From assembly GCF_009914755.1 (NCBI RefSeq), contig NC_060932.1: a stretch of 64,000 bases of DNA; one strand, 5' to 3'. The DNA is from the human T2T-CHM13v2.0 reference genome, Homo sapiens. Shown here in pieces: positions 18,242 through 32,352 of this stretch. Both the position numbers and the translations under genes were made by a program. Below the pieces are notes generated by a model. The model was not told the DNA's origin. It made no database searches and was given only the letters and a program-made list of their open reading frames with translations. Each line of letters begins with the position of its first letter. Within the stretch, counting starts at the first letter, position 1.

Positions 18242-20819
18242 CTAATTTATCTCCACACACAAAACAGTATTCTATTCTTGTAAAGTACAACAATTTTAAA
18301 AGGTTCTAAGTTTTACTTGAGAGATAATTTGAGAGATTATAAGAGAAAAACCTGAAAAAAGTGAGAATAGAGGATATTGACTATTATAAACTGCAAGAGT
18401 TAAAGAACTGGGGGTCTAGCACAGGAATATGAAATGAAACCGGTAGAATAGGATATACAGGCCAGAAAAAGATTCTTTGGCTAAAAAGATTCTTTGGCTC
18501 ATAAGTTTTTAATAGCTGATAATGAAGGCAAGGCAAACTGATGGGAAACGAATTATGTTGGAAGAACTGATTCGAAATATTTAAATGTTTAAAAGCTCTC
18601 ACTTTATAACGTATGCTAGAAAAAAATTTAGGTACATTTTAAATAATTAAATTCTCTTTCAAATGCAATGAAACAGAAGATAAACGCTTATTGGAAGCAT
18701 TGACATTTTCTAAATTAAGGTGATAGCAAATTACTCATGAAAATCTTTTAATATGTAAACATTTTAAATTTCTCTAGGTAAAATAATAGAAACAAAAAGT
18801 GAAAAATTATCTGGGAAGTTATTGGACAAATATTTTACCTTTTTATCAATATGAAGAGATTATAGAAATTGATTAGAAATTACTTTCTGATAATGTGTTT
18901 ATCAAGAGATTTTAATGTAGAAATTCAAAAATTTGCAATATGTGTATAATATAGTCAGTACAACAATCATAATTACATAAGCAAAGGACATGTCACACAT
19001 GTAACACATAAATAACACATAAAAAGTACTAGAAACCAAGCATATGTAAGATGTTCAGTCTTATCAATTTTCCTTCTACCTAAAAAAATTCAAATTAATA
19101 TATCAATAAGCCATAATGATAATAATCAGTATGGCAAAAGCATGATAAAATCAGCATGTAAACGTTGCTGCTATCATAAAATTATTTAAAAGCATTGTAT
19201 AATGTTTCATAAAAATATCTCTAACTAATGACCAAATAATACCCTATTTGGGGATCTATCCAAAGGAAATAGCAATGCAAACTGCAGAGAAATATCTTCA
19301 AGAATAAAGATATTAATTATTGCTTAAATATGCAGTGATTATTATCATGTACTAATAGCACGATATAAGAATCTATCTGGATATTCAATGATGGGAATGG
19401 TAAAGTACATCACCTTGATGTGATATTATTCCAAAAGCAAAGTGAATACACTAACTAAAAGCAAAGGTTAAAACACTAACATGTAGAAACAACACGTATG
19501 TATCACAACACTCATGTTGTGATAAGTAAGATCAGGTATGAAATTATATATATGCTGTCAACAGATAGAATGATCACACAATTACTGGAAGAAAAACACC
19601 AACATGCTAACAATAATATTTAAATAGAGTGACATTCTGGGCAACTTTTCCATTTTTCAATAATTTCATTATTAAGTTTATATGACCTTCACTCTTCAAA
19701 TATATAAATAAAATGGTATTGCTGATATCTATAATCAATTATCTAAGTCTTTGTACACTATATGCATGCACTTGTCTGAGTAGTACTCCACACAGAATAT
19801 TTTCTTGCAAGTTTAACCAATAAATCTCATTGAGTCATTTGCATTTTCTGAATAACCTTGAACTGACAAATATAAGAACACTTAAAAAATAGAGAATGCT
19901 TGATGATAACCTACTTGAGCGAATCTCATAAATCTTAGCATGCCAAGTAATCACAGTTTAATGATCATCAAAAAGGCATTTTCTAAGTGCCTCTGAAAAG
20001 CAGAACTACACAGTAAATGTCCCATAAAGACAATATTGTAGCAGCATGTATATGCATTGCCACAGAAATGAAGAAAACATTCTGTGAGTAAGCACTGGGA
20101 ATTGATGGAAATATTTTGAGTATTGGTGTGCTTTTCAGTGAAAACAGACCCTTGACTGTGTCCCTAAAATGTTAAACTGAAGATGATTTAAGTTTATGTC
20201 CCCAAAGAAGTGAGAATAGGGAGGAGGGGAACAACGACGGTAACAAAAAGTCTTCTGATCCTTCTCAAGGCATATTATAAACATTGCTGTGTTTGCCAGG
20301 CCAGCCATGTCACTAGTAATAACATCTGCCTTCATATGCATCACTGATGATCCTATGCTATCCACAGACCAGTAGGGGTAAGATTCGCCCAGGAACATAG
20401 CACTAGTTACCTCTATACCATCTTAAACGGGAAAACACTTCAAGGCTTTCGAAAGAATTTTGAACTTCAATTCACAGAAATATTTTTAAATGATGTTATT
20501 CCAAAACTACAAGTTCCTTGCTGGATGCATTAGATATTTGCTTTAATATTCTTTTCTAAGTAGAATCCAACACAAGGTACATCTTGTATCTTGAGTACAA
20601 GATGAGTACAGATTCATCTTGTACTCATACAACTCATTTAAAAAGAAAGAAAGAAAAACTAGAATGGATTTACAACTAGCATTACAGGGCAAGTCTGTGG
20701 GTTTTTTGTGGTATTTAATAAGTATTTTAAAAGCATATACAATATTCTTTATTGTTTATACATTTATATAGTTCCAGTTTTTGTATTTTTCATATCCAGT
20801 TTATCTCTACTTTAATAAT

Positions 20820-21250
20820 GAGCATTCCTTTATTAGACTGTAATTTATGAAGCATCTACAGTGTGCACAGTGGATGCAGTAATGGATAAAATAGACAAAG
20901 TCCCTGGCCTCAGGGAACTTACATTTCAATGAAAGTGGGAGTTCAATTTAAAGTATACTAAAAGTTATATAAATACAGTGTCAGCTACACATGCTGTAAA
21001 GGAAAATAAACAGTGTCAGGGACGGAGAAAAGCAACACGGTGATCAGAAAAGCAACACAGTATCAGAAGGCAATATGTCTCTGAGTTGGTGACATTTGAA
21101 CAGAGATCTGAATGAATTAATATGGGGGAAGCACATTTTAGACAGAAAGAATAGCTAAGTACAAGAGCTCTGAGGTGAGAAGTAGACTAGGGCGTCTGTA
21201 GCAGAGCAAAAGAGATGGAGAAAAGGAAAAGAACAGAGAGTATGCAAGTG
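20820..21250 (-). mobile_element. L2 3' end, antisense
   Basis: ATAAAATAGACAAAGTCCCTGGCCTCAGGGAACTTACATT...GGTGACATTTGAACAGAGATCTGAATGA. Confidence 0.75.
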
Positions 21251-21338
21251 AGAGGGGTATTTAGGTATTATTATACTTTAAATATGACTCTTTAATGCTT
21301 TATGTGGAAAACCCAAGCAAATTAAGAAACAAAGAACT

Positions 21339-21780
<442 letters not shown>

Positions 21781-23569
21781 TTAGATCATAAGGTTTTGCT
21801 GGAAAGGAAGGTAATAGTGAATACAGTGTTGTCTGATATTTTAGCAGTAGGGACATTTTCATAGCAGTTGGAGGTACAGAGACACTGGTGTTAGAAAAGT
21901 CAGACACATATTTCTAAATAAGTTAGGATTTGCTTAACATTTATTTTGATCAGAGCTGCAGCCAGTCATTTGCCAGAGATTTGAATCCTGCCAAACAAGC
22001 CCCTCCAGGCTCACTTGGAAAGGTTTGCATACTTCTTTCCACGCCCAGCAGACTCGGCTTGAAGCACAACCCTGGGAGCTGCCAATATTTTTACATTAGA
22101 GTCAGTTATTTTATCTGAAAGTGTGACCATTCAGGGAAAGAGAGGGAGATTTTTAACACCTTGTTTCTCTAACATGGGGGATAAATGGCAGATCTACATT
22201 TACCTCACTGACTTCGATCTAAAACAAGTGTTAAATAGATCCCAAGAAGACAAAAACAAAAAGAAAACTTTCATATGATGTATATTTTGGGACTTTAAAA
22301 GATGTGTAATTTTTAGAGCTCTGGTTTAGAATCTGCTATAAACAAAGTGTTCCTTGGAGTATCATTTGAGTGTAGCATCTTGCATCATTTTTAGTGATGA
22401 TTATAATGCTTTTTAATTTTTCAAAATGTAAAAAGAACATTATTTATTTTTAAGTTATTTAAAACTCCCTGGGATACAGCATAATAGGTGTATCATAAAA
22501 TACACCATGCTAACTGCCTATATTTCTCTATTATAAAAAAGTAAGATGTAATTCATGTTCAGTCCCATGATTTAACAAACTTGAAATTGAAAAACACCTT
22601 TGCCTTTTTATAACCTGATATTAGTAGCCTTCAGAGCCAGTACAACCTGCTGTGAAAGCCAAGGACTTACTTAAAAATAGTACCATAAACCATGTCAGTA
22701 ATGTAGAAATTTATTTCTGGACTAAAAATTTTATTAAAACTTAAAAGGAGAAAAATCTGAATATCACATAAATTACATTCGTAGCAAATACATGTTTGTC
22801 TGCAATAAAAATAAATGTTTCAAAGATCATACAATCCTTAATTTTGTATTTCTTTGCTTTACTTTCTGCTTAAGTGTTATTAACTATTTAATAAACCTAT
22901 TTACAACCCAAACAATTTATGTGGTTTTATTTTGCATACAGATATAACAGGAGAGACCCCAAAAGTCTAAAAGTGTAGTGAATTAGAAATGAGTCCAGGG
23001 AAGTGTGAACTCTGAGGAGAAGTGAATTATTATATTTTATATTGTTTGCCTAATAAGCTTAAATCATCCTAAAACTTTATCCATTTTATCCTCATAGATT
23101 CCTTGAGAAGGTCTTGGAAAAGGCTTTATTATCTCCCTTTGAGTAAGAAGGAAATTCAATGTGACATTTACTGGCATTTTGTTTTAAATTTACTACTATT
23201 ATTAGTAGAAGTTGAAATGAATTTGATGTATTTCAAAATGAAAAGCATTACAATCCATGAAGAATATTTCTACACTAGAGATAAAAATAAAACAAGGAGT
23301 TAAAATGTAAAAACTTGATGGAGAAAGCTACTTGAAAGAGGTGAACTTATTAATTTTTTTCTTCCCATACGCCTGGTCTATCTTATTATGTCTTTTATTT
23401 AAATTCAACCTGCTTTCTTGTCTTTAGAGAGAACCTTCAGGCTTTTTTTTAAAGGATTCAGAGAAGTTTTAAGGGGAAATTTGAGAGAGGAGATGATTTT
23501 GAATAATGGGCATGAAATAGGAGAGTGTTTTCAGAGTTAAGTACAGTATGGAAAATTTCAATCTTAAAA

Positions 23570-24760
23570 GTGGGAAAATGAAACTATATACTATGTGTTT
23601 AAGTCCTTTCAAACAAGGAAAATAATTGTAAATTTTAATGTAATTTCCTCCCGTTGCTGGCTACATGACCTTCACTTTCTTGGCCTTAGGCATTCATCTC
23701 TCTGGGTTTGCATGTGAGGAATGATCCAGATAGACAGAAGCTGTTAGAAATGTTGCAGAAGCACTCAAAGAGAAAGACAAAAGTTTATGACACACCCAGC
23801 TTGTGATAGTCAGAATAGAATTAAACAGAAAGACTATTATCTTGAAAGACAACTTCCGAGATTTATTTCTCACTTTATCATTAACAGCCAGACCTGTACA
23901 ACCCATGCTTATAGAAGTCTCCCATGGTCAAGGAGATATTCCTGGCCACCATTATGGCTTAGCTGAAGTTTGGAAAAGGAAGGATAATAGAAGAAAAGCC
24001 CACCTCTTTCAATTTTGGAGACTAGTGGAAGGAGAAAGAATAGAGATATAGGAATGCAAAGAAGTATAGTTAAGGTACATGGATGTTTCCCTTCTCTGGG
24101 CTGTATACATAAGTAAAAGGAATGCATAGGGTAAAAGGGAACCCTTCACCTCTCAACTTCTGCTTCTTATTCGAGAGTCTGGGAAGAAGTCCCTTTGAAG
24201 ACTGCCTTAGACCAATCTAAGGTCAACTTGCCTGGACAGTATGGTCAGTCAAAAGGAGATCCTGAAATGTTGCCTTCCCGAGCCACCCTTTTTTCCAGAA
24301 TTAACTATGAAAAGCTTGCCAGAGAGGTTTGTGAGAGTGAGAATAAGGCACCTAATACCAAAGTTGAAGAGTTAGGAAGCAATTTAATCTCAGCCACATT
24401 CTAGAGAGGTCTACATTGTCAGCAAAGACTGAGACAGTTCAAGTCAGACAGGAAGGCTATTAGGTCCAAACAAATACCAAGTGGCCAGGTCACAAGTTCC
24501 AGCACCTACACAGGACATCATCTTGGGGAAAGAAGTGGCATACAGAGGTTTATCTGAGAACTTGGGTATTCTTATTCAATAAAATGGTAAGTATTGATTG
24601 AAAAGTCTGTTTTAGTTACTTGATGAAAGTTTTAGTTAATTTTTGTTTCCCATTAATCTGCAGAAAGGTGGACTGTAAGTGAAAGGCCAGATTAGTTGCA
24701 GAAAAATTAAAGGAATTACATTTCCTCTGCACTTTCAAATTGTAGTATGTGTGACAATGT
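23570..24760 (+). mobile_element. Possible ancient Gypsy-type LTR (MamGypLTR-like)
   Basis: Purine-rich body; tail ATTAAAGGAATTACATTTCCTCTGCAC resembles a remembered MamGypLTR 3' end; boundaries approximate. Confidence 0.3.
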
Positions 24761-27439
24761 AGGAACAAGGAGACAAGCTAGATTCACATTCAAATATACA
24801 TATAAATGAATTTATAAGATATTAAATTAATAAAACTATAAAATATTTTATAATATTAATTTTTCATTTTATTTTCAACTCTTCTATATTTGATAAGCCA
24901 TTTTATTGATATTACATGATACTATGTTTGAATAAAGAATGGATGTCTCAAAGAAAATTTTCTATTGCTCATTTTCTGAGATATAAGCCTGCCAGATTTT
25001 AGGTGATCTACATGCTACATTTCCTGTTGTTTAAGAGCCTATGGTCTCATCAGGGAGTTAAGATTCATAGCCTGGACAATATAAAGGCCAAGCTTCTGGT
25101 ATCATCATCAAGCTATGAGATTATGAGAATAGAGAATTGGGGGCTTGCTTCAGTTAAAAGGCCATGCTGAAAGGATGTAGAGAATAATAACCACTGTGAA
25201 GTATTCTTCAGCATAAATAATGAAAGGTACTCATTAGTGTGGCCAAATAGAGGGCATTTGTAATAATGGACATGTGATTTTCTTCTTAATTGTACAGGAA
25301 ATGGAAAATACGTTTTTGAGTTGGGTATCCACATGACGAAACCCCAGTAGCAATGTCATAATGTACAGGAGGTCAGGCTAGAGGAAGGAAATTCATTTAG
25401 AGTCATTTCTGCAATAGTTTAACAAAATAAAAATGTAGTTCTTGATCATGGTGTCCTTAATGTTACCAGAAAAGGAGTCAGCCATCCAATTAAAAGGTGG
25501 TATAGCATTGTAGTCACTGGTTCTTTAAGGTTTTGTCTTTAAGTGACACACATCACTTCTGGTCAGAGCAAGTCAAGAAACAAGTCTGGCATCAGTCAAG
25601 GATGGGAGTTGTTCTAATATCTGTGCAGGTGGAGGTTTCGGCATCTTCAATCTGCGGTTTTTCCATGAAGTAATCTCCATGACCTCTCTCCTTCTCCAAT
25701 TTGGACATCAAACCCAGTTGATGTCCAAGTGGGAGGAGAGTGGTCACGGAGATTACTTCATGAGAGATTTTATAGGTGATGTATTGATACACATCACTAC
25801 CATTCATATTCCATCATTCACCTAGACCTGAGTAAAATAACTGCATCTTATTGAAAAATGCAGTCAGAAATGTATTATTATAGTTCTTGACTATAGAAGC
25901 ATTTCTCAGTGACAACTCTTCCTTGTGGAAAAGAGCTTCAATCGTAAGTTAACAGCTAAAAATCCTTGTCACTTATTAGCTTAAACTTGAAGAACCACTT
26001 ATGTAGCTCATCATGAGTCCAACCGTGTTCCAAATAGGGACTGCTTTCAGTGTGTGCCATGCAGTGAAGATGACTTTGAGCAAAGTAACAGTTAACCCCC
26101 CATAAACATGGAATGTGAATTAAAAGTAAACATTTGTTGTAAGAGATTTGGCGGTGGTTTGTCTTCACATAAATCTTAACCTACACTTTCTCATATAATT
26201 GACAGTAGGACATTTTTACGGGATGTATTGCTCAGAGTTATTACTCTGAAGAACATATTTTGGAAATATCTAGAGCAGGGAATGATATCTGAAAGTCATT
26301 TCTAATCTAAATAGTCAAGTGTTCCATTGTGTTACACACCATTCTCCTGGCTACAAATGTCAACACACTTTGAAATTAGGGAAAGCCCTGGAAATTTTCA
26401 TTTTTCTTTGGCAAAATCTCAGATGTACAAGCTATATTTTTTTCTAAGTTACTATAGGCCTACTATTTATTATTCAGAAAAATTAGTTCTTATATAAGCC
26501 ATCATACTAAAACACACTCAGAGTATTCAAGCAATTAAGCAACACACATATAACATAAATATTTCCTGTATCAATAGAATGCATATATATTTCTACTATT
26601 TGATTAAATAACAGAAAGGAGCACCAGAAGTACTTATTTGCTTTTTTTTTAACAGAACACTTTGGTCCTGCCGATGAGTCTCATACTCAGTTCGAGCATG
26701 GTTTCAGAAGACTGATTTGGCTTAATAATAAAGAAAATGAAAACACAGAATTTATCAAAATCACTTGGAATTCTACTAGTGGGTCTCTAAGAACTTCTCT
26801 ATTAACTACTGCTCCTGTAAAACTCTTCAGGTAGAAAATCACCATGCACAGACTGATGCACATATTAATATGAATTACAGCTCTAATTCCTTGTATATAT
26901 GATCCATAATTTCCTAGAATACACACCATATCATATAACGCACTTCCTCAAAATACTTAAAATTGACCTGTTTTCCATAAAACAGTCTGAACTCTTTAAC
27001 AACAGTATCAAAAGCTTCTATAACCTGTGTTTATCTTAAATCTTGCCCTTTAAGCACTATCCTCTTACCTGTGCAATAGATCAAAGCTGTATCATAAAAG
27101 CAAGCCTCAGGCAACTGTGCATGTTCTAGTCAATTGCTCCTTTCCCTGTCTCTCTTTAGGGAAAGAAATGGTGTAGATGACCAGTTACTTCACTCCCTGT
27201 TTTCTCACTATAAAATTGTAACTGCAAACTTATACATAATATTGATTTTCAACATATTTTTATGACAATAAATAAAAGGTGCATAATATCTGGCATTCAT
27301 TCACTAATTCAACAAACATTAAGGAGTACCTACTAGGCACTAGGCAATGTGCTAAGATATTAAGATATAGAAGATTTAGAAAAGAAATAGAGATGAATGG
27401 GGAAAACAAAATGTGATTTATAGTACCATTTAGTCATAA

Positions 27440-27775
27440 ATATGAATAAATTTCCAATATATCCTACAACATGGATGAACCTTGAATCCATTATGTGAAG
27501 TGCAATGAGTTAGAAAGTTAGATGCCAACCAACAGATGGTTTCTGGATCCATTTACATGAAATATCTAGAATTGGCAAATTCATAGAGACAGAAAGTAAT
27601 TAGAGGTGATCAGGGACTAGGGAAAGGAGGAAATGGAGAATTATTGCATAATCAGTACAGTTTCTGTTTGGGGTGATGAAAAATCTTCAGAATAGGGAGT
27701 GGTAATGCACAAAATTTTTAATGTAATTAATGCTATTGAATTGTACTCTTAAAATGGTTAAAATCACAAATTATA
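27440..27775 (+). mobile_element. Old L1M 3' end
   Basis: CTACAACATGGATGAACCTTGAA...TTCATAGAGACAGAAAGTA...GTTTCTGTTTGGGGTGATGAAAA. Confidence 0.8.
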
Positions 27776-28169
27776 TATATATGTGTGTGTGTATATATAT
27801 ACTCATTTTTTAAAATAAATCGTCTTTACCTTCAAGGAATTTGGACTTACCAAGGGGAAAAAAATAATTACCTACATGATTACAATGCTACAAGAAAGCA
27901 CAATGCTACTCTCAGAAACTATAGGAGACATAAGCCAACTGGAAGTACCAGGGAAATTATTTGATATATGGAAATGACAACTGGGTTGAGCATGAGTTAG
28001 CCAAGTAAGGGGCAGAAAAAATGGCAGTGTTTTCTAAGCAGACAGAGTGAAAAAAAAATGCTTCCAAGAACCTCAAATATTTAAATATGACTAGAATGTA
28101 AGGATATGCATGTAGGAGAAAGGTGAGTGCTGGGGAAACATTACTTGGTAAACAAGAAATTGATTGCCT

Positions 28170-28630
28170 GCACAATTTTTGATTCCCTGTTTCCTAGCTT
28201 GCCTCCACCTCGAGGCTAGAAAACCTAAAGAGATGATTTCTCCCAAGGATTTCTTTCAACTAAGAGTTGCCATGTGACCCAGTTATAGTCAATACAAAAC
28301 AAGTAGAAGTATTTTAAGGACCTCTAGAAAGGCAATTACTTTTTCTGATAAAGTGAGCAAATGTAGCTAGCACATCCCTCTCCATTTATCTTTCAGCCTT
28401 TAATACAGATATTATGCCTGAAATTAAAGTAGTCTTCTTGTGTCCATGAGACAATAAAGCAACATACTATAGCTGGAGAATGATAAAAAGATCATGCATA
28501 GTAGATGACGTTCTTGAGTGGCATCAGCATTGCCTACTTCCAGAGTTCTTATTAGATGAATAAAATATGCCTATATATTTGATTTTTATTAAATCAGACT
28601 TTCCATCACTTAAAAGTGTTCCCAAATGGC
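28170..28630 (+). mobile_element. Old MLT1-type (ERVL-MaLR) LTR remnant
   Basis: GTTGCCATGTGACCCAGTTATAGTCAAT...CATTGCCTACTTCCAGAGTTCTT; boundaries approximate. Confidence 0.45.
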
Positions 28631-28639
28631 ATAGGAAGT

Positions 28640-29900
28640 AAGCAGCAGAGGATCACAAAGTATGCTTTACTTACTATTTTCGGTATACCTCACTTACTAA
28701 GTAGTTTGAATTTTATATTAAATGATATTATTTTAGGTTTCAAAACAAGAAAATGATTTGGTCATAGTTTTATTGTAGAAAACTAACACTGGACACTGTG
28801 ACATATAAGCTTCAGAAAATGGTAGGGCTAAACTAAGGAAGAAAGAACTAAACTAAGGGAAATAAATGGTAGTTTAACTTAAAAGACTAATTTTTGAGAT
28901 AAAGGGATGAAGTCCAAAAGACACTAAGAAATTTATATCAACAGGATTTTATAATAAGAGGAAAAGAAATCATATGTCATTTCCAAGATATTTGGAAGGA
29001 GTCAGGGAGTGAATGGCAAAATGGGGAATACAGGAGGAAGAGTAGTTGAAAGCCTGAATTCACTTTGGGGATTTTGAATTTGAAATCCTCAAGGAACATC
29101 AAAATTGTACTTGGGTTTATGGCTCAAAAGACAGCTGGTCTGGAGAGATAATTTGGGAACCACCAGCAGAAATGACAGTCTAAGGTTGAGGGGTAAGTGA
29201 GACAAAGGTTGTGGGGTAAGTGAGACAAGGAAGTAGAATTTGGAGAGCAAGAAAGTATATCATAAGTAATTAAATAATTCTCATAAGTAAATAATTCTCA
29301 TAAGTAATTAAATAATTCTGGGAAACACCAATATTTAACAGAATAAAATGAAGAGAGCCTTTGAAGGAGACAGAGAAGGAATGGGCCAAAGAGGGCAGAA
29401 AAAAAGGAGAAAAAGGGAAAAGGAGATATCCCAAAGGCTAAGGGAAGAGAGTTTAAAGAAAGAGACATTGGTCGATGGGTCAAATTCTGCTGTTAAGTAA
29501 GTGTTAAATGTTAAGTAAGATAAGAATGGAGAGTTGGATTTAGCAACTAAGAGATTATAGGTGACCTTTGAGGCATCAGTTTCAATGGAGTGTTGGGAAG
29601 CAGAAACCAGACTGCAGTGGGTTAAACAGTTAATTTAAGGTAAGATATGTGTGACAGTGATAGTAGACCATTCTCTTAAAGGCTTGACTGAAAAGGGAAG
29701 GAAAGAAGGAGTAACTGGAGAAGGATACAAAATTTAGAGAGAGGTTTCAGTAAATATATAAGTTGTAGGTTAAAAGCTATTAGAGAAGGAGAAATTTAAA
29801 ATACCAGAGATAGTGGATAATTGATGAAGTGAAGCACCTAAAAAGACATAAAGGTTAGGATCCAGCATTGCTAGGGAAATTAACTCTGGAAAGGATGCAC
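28640..29900 (-). mobile_element. L2 LINE, antisense
   Basis: TTGGATTTAGCAACTAAGAGATTATAGGTGACCTTTG...CAGAAACCAGACTGCAGTGGGTT. Confidence 0.75.
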
Positions 29901-31811
29901 ACCATTTCTGCTTATGATATCATGGAACTGGAGAATATTATGACTTTATTGAAGGGGCTATAGTTAGTGTTCAAATAAATGTGAATTAATAAGATTATTT
30001 GATGAATAAGAGGCAAAGTTTCTACTCATATTAAAACTATATTTGACTGAAAAGACTCTAACATGGATCTTGGGCATTTAAACTGTTTCCTTCACAATAG
30101 TTCCCCAGGAACCATTTTGCATTTCCAACAGCAACAGATGAGTGATCTAGCCTCCCCATATCATTGCCAGCATTTGGTGGTAATATTATTTTTATTTTAG
30201 CCGTTCTTATAAGTGTGTAAATACATTATTGTGGTTTTAATTTTTATGTATAAAACAGCCAATTATATCAAACATATTTTCCTGTGTTTATTTGCATCAG
30301 TGAACTGTCTATTCAGGTTCTTTGCCAATTTCCTAACTATTTTTTACTGTTGAGATTTTAGAATTTTTAAATATATTTTAGATATATTTGTCAGATACAT
30401 TGTTTGCAAATATTTCCTCCAAGTCTGTAATTTACCTTTTAATTCTCTGAGCAGGATCCTGCATAGAGCAAAAGTTCTGAATATTGAAGAGATCCAATTT
30501 AGCAAGTCTTCCTTTCATAGATTGTGCTTCTGATGTCAAGTCTAATATTTCATCGTCTATCCTGTGATCCCCAAAGAGTTATCTTGTTTTCTAAAACTTT
30601 TATGGTTTTATATTTTATATTATGTCCATTATCTATTTTGAGTCAATTTTTAGAAGATATAAGGTTTAGGTCAAAGACTACTTTTGGCTGACGGGTGCCC
30701 AATTATTTCAACACAATTTGTTGAAAAGACTCTTCTTCCTTCATTAAATTTATTTTACACTTTTGTCAAAAGTAATTTGATCATATTTGTGTAAGTCTAT
30801 TTTTGGGTTCTGTACTCTGTTCCATTGCATTGATCTATGTGTCTATCCCTCGACAAATGCCACACTGTTTTAACTATTGTTGCTAAGTATTAGGCTTTAA
30901 TACTAGATAGAGTGAATCTTCCCACTTAATTTTTTGTCAAGATGATTTTAGCTATTCTGGGGACTGAACCTTTCCAAATTAATTTGAAAATAAGCTAGTC
31001 TATGCCTATATTTATGGGGATTTTGACAGTAATTTAATTGGACCTATAAATTTCAAAAGGATTAACATCTTTGTTATGTTGAGACCTCTATTCCATGAAC
31101 ATAGTATATCACTTATTTATTTACATGTTCTTTGATTGTTTTTGTCAGCATTTTTGCAATTTTCAGCATACGGATCTTACACATATTTTGTTAACCTTAT
31201 ACCCAAGTATTTGATGTTTGGGGGATTACAAATGGCATTGTGATTTTAATTTTTGTTTCCACATGTTTACTTTTAGTATGTAGAAATGTGGTTGATTTTT
31301 GTATGTTGAATGTGCACCTGGCAATCTTGCCAAGCTCAGTTATTTGTTCTATTTTTTCATTTTTTTCCTTGTGATGTTCTATGTAGACAATTATTTCATC
31401 TGAAAATAGAGACAGTTTTATTACTTTCTAATTTCTATACTATTTTTCCTTTTTCTTGCCTTTTTGCAGTCACTAAGACTTCCAGTACCATATTGAATAA
31501 GAGTAGTTACAGTGGACATCTGGTCTTGTTCCCAATCTTAGAGACAAAGCATTTCGTCTTTCACCACTAGATACAATGAAAGCTATATATTTTATGTAGG
31601 TGCTCTTTATCAAGTTGTGGAAGTTCCCCTCTATTCCTAGTTTGCTGAGAATTTTAATCATGAACGAGTATTGAATTGTTGTCAAATTCTGTTTCTCTAT
31701 CAATTAATATGACCATATGATTGATTGATTTTCAAATCCTGAAATTGACTTGCAGGCCTGAAATAAATTTTACTTGGTCGTGGCAGGTAATTCTTTTTAT
31801 ACATTGCTGGA

Positions 31812-32189
31812 TGATATGGTTTGGCTGAGTCCCCACCCCAATCTCATCTTGAGTTGTAGTTCCCATAATCCCGACGTGTCATAGGAGGGACCTGGTGGTG
31901 GGGAGGTAATTGAATCATGGGGGTGGTTACCTTCATACTGTTCTCATGATAATGAGTGAATTCTCATGAGATCTGGTGGTTTTATAAGGGGACTTTCCCC
32001 CTTCACTGCACACTCCTCCCTTTTGCTACCATGTGAAGAAGGATGTGTTTGCTTCCCCTTCTGCCAGATTGTAAGTTTCCTGAGGGCCTCCATGTGGAAC
32101 TTTGAGTCAATTCAACCTCTTTCCTTTATAAATTATGCAGTCTCATTATGACCTTATAGCATTGTGAGAACAGAGAACATACTAACACA
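31812..32189 (+). mobile_element. THE1 (THE1B/C-like) solo LTR
   Basis: TGATATGGTTTGGCTG...ACTAACACA; exact 5-bp TSD CTGGA at 31807-31811 and 32190-32194. Confidence 0.93.
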
Positions 32190-32260
32190 CTGGACAAGAT
32201 TTGGTAATATCTTATTGAAAATTCTGATGTCCAAATTCCTGAGATGTACTGGTCTGTAGT

Positions 32261-32352
32261 CTTCCTCTTCCTCTTCTTCTTCCTCTCTTCCTCTTCCTCT
32301 CTTCCTCTTCTCCTCCTCCTCCTTCTCCTCCTTCTTCTCCTACTTCTTCTTT
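32261..32352. repeat. (CCT/CTT)n polypyrimidine tract
   Basis: Seen directly; source of the poly-R/E stretch in ORF 32126-32497. Confidence 0.9.

Noticed and set aside
19501-19524. 10-bp inverted repeat TATCACAACA / TGTTGTGATA
   Set aside because: Too short to separate from chance in 64 kb of AT-rich DNA.
20135-20398. 87-aa ORF in unique-looking DNA
   Set aside because: No recognisable homology or convincing splice context; length is within chance expectation.
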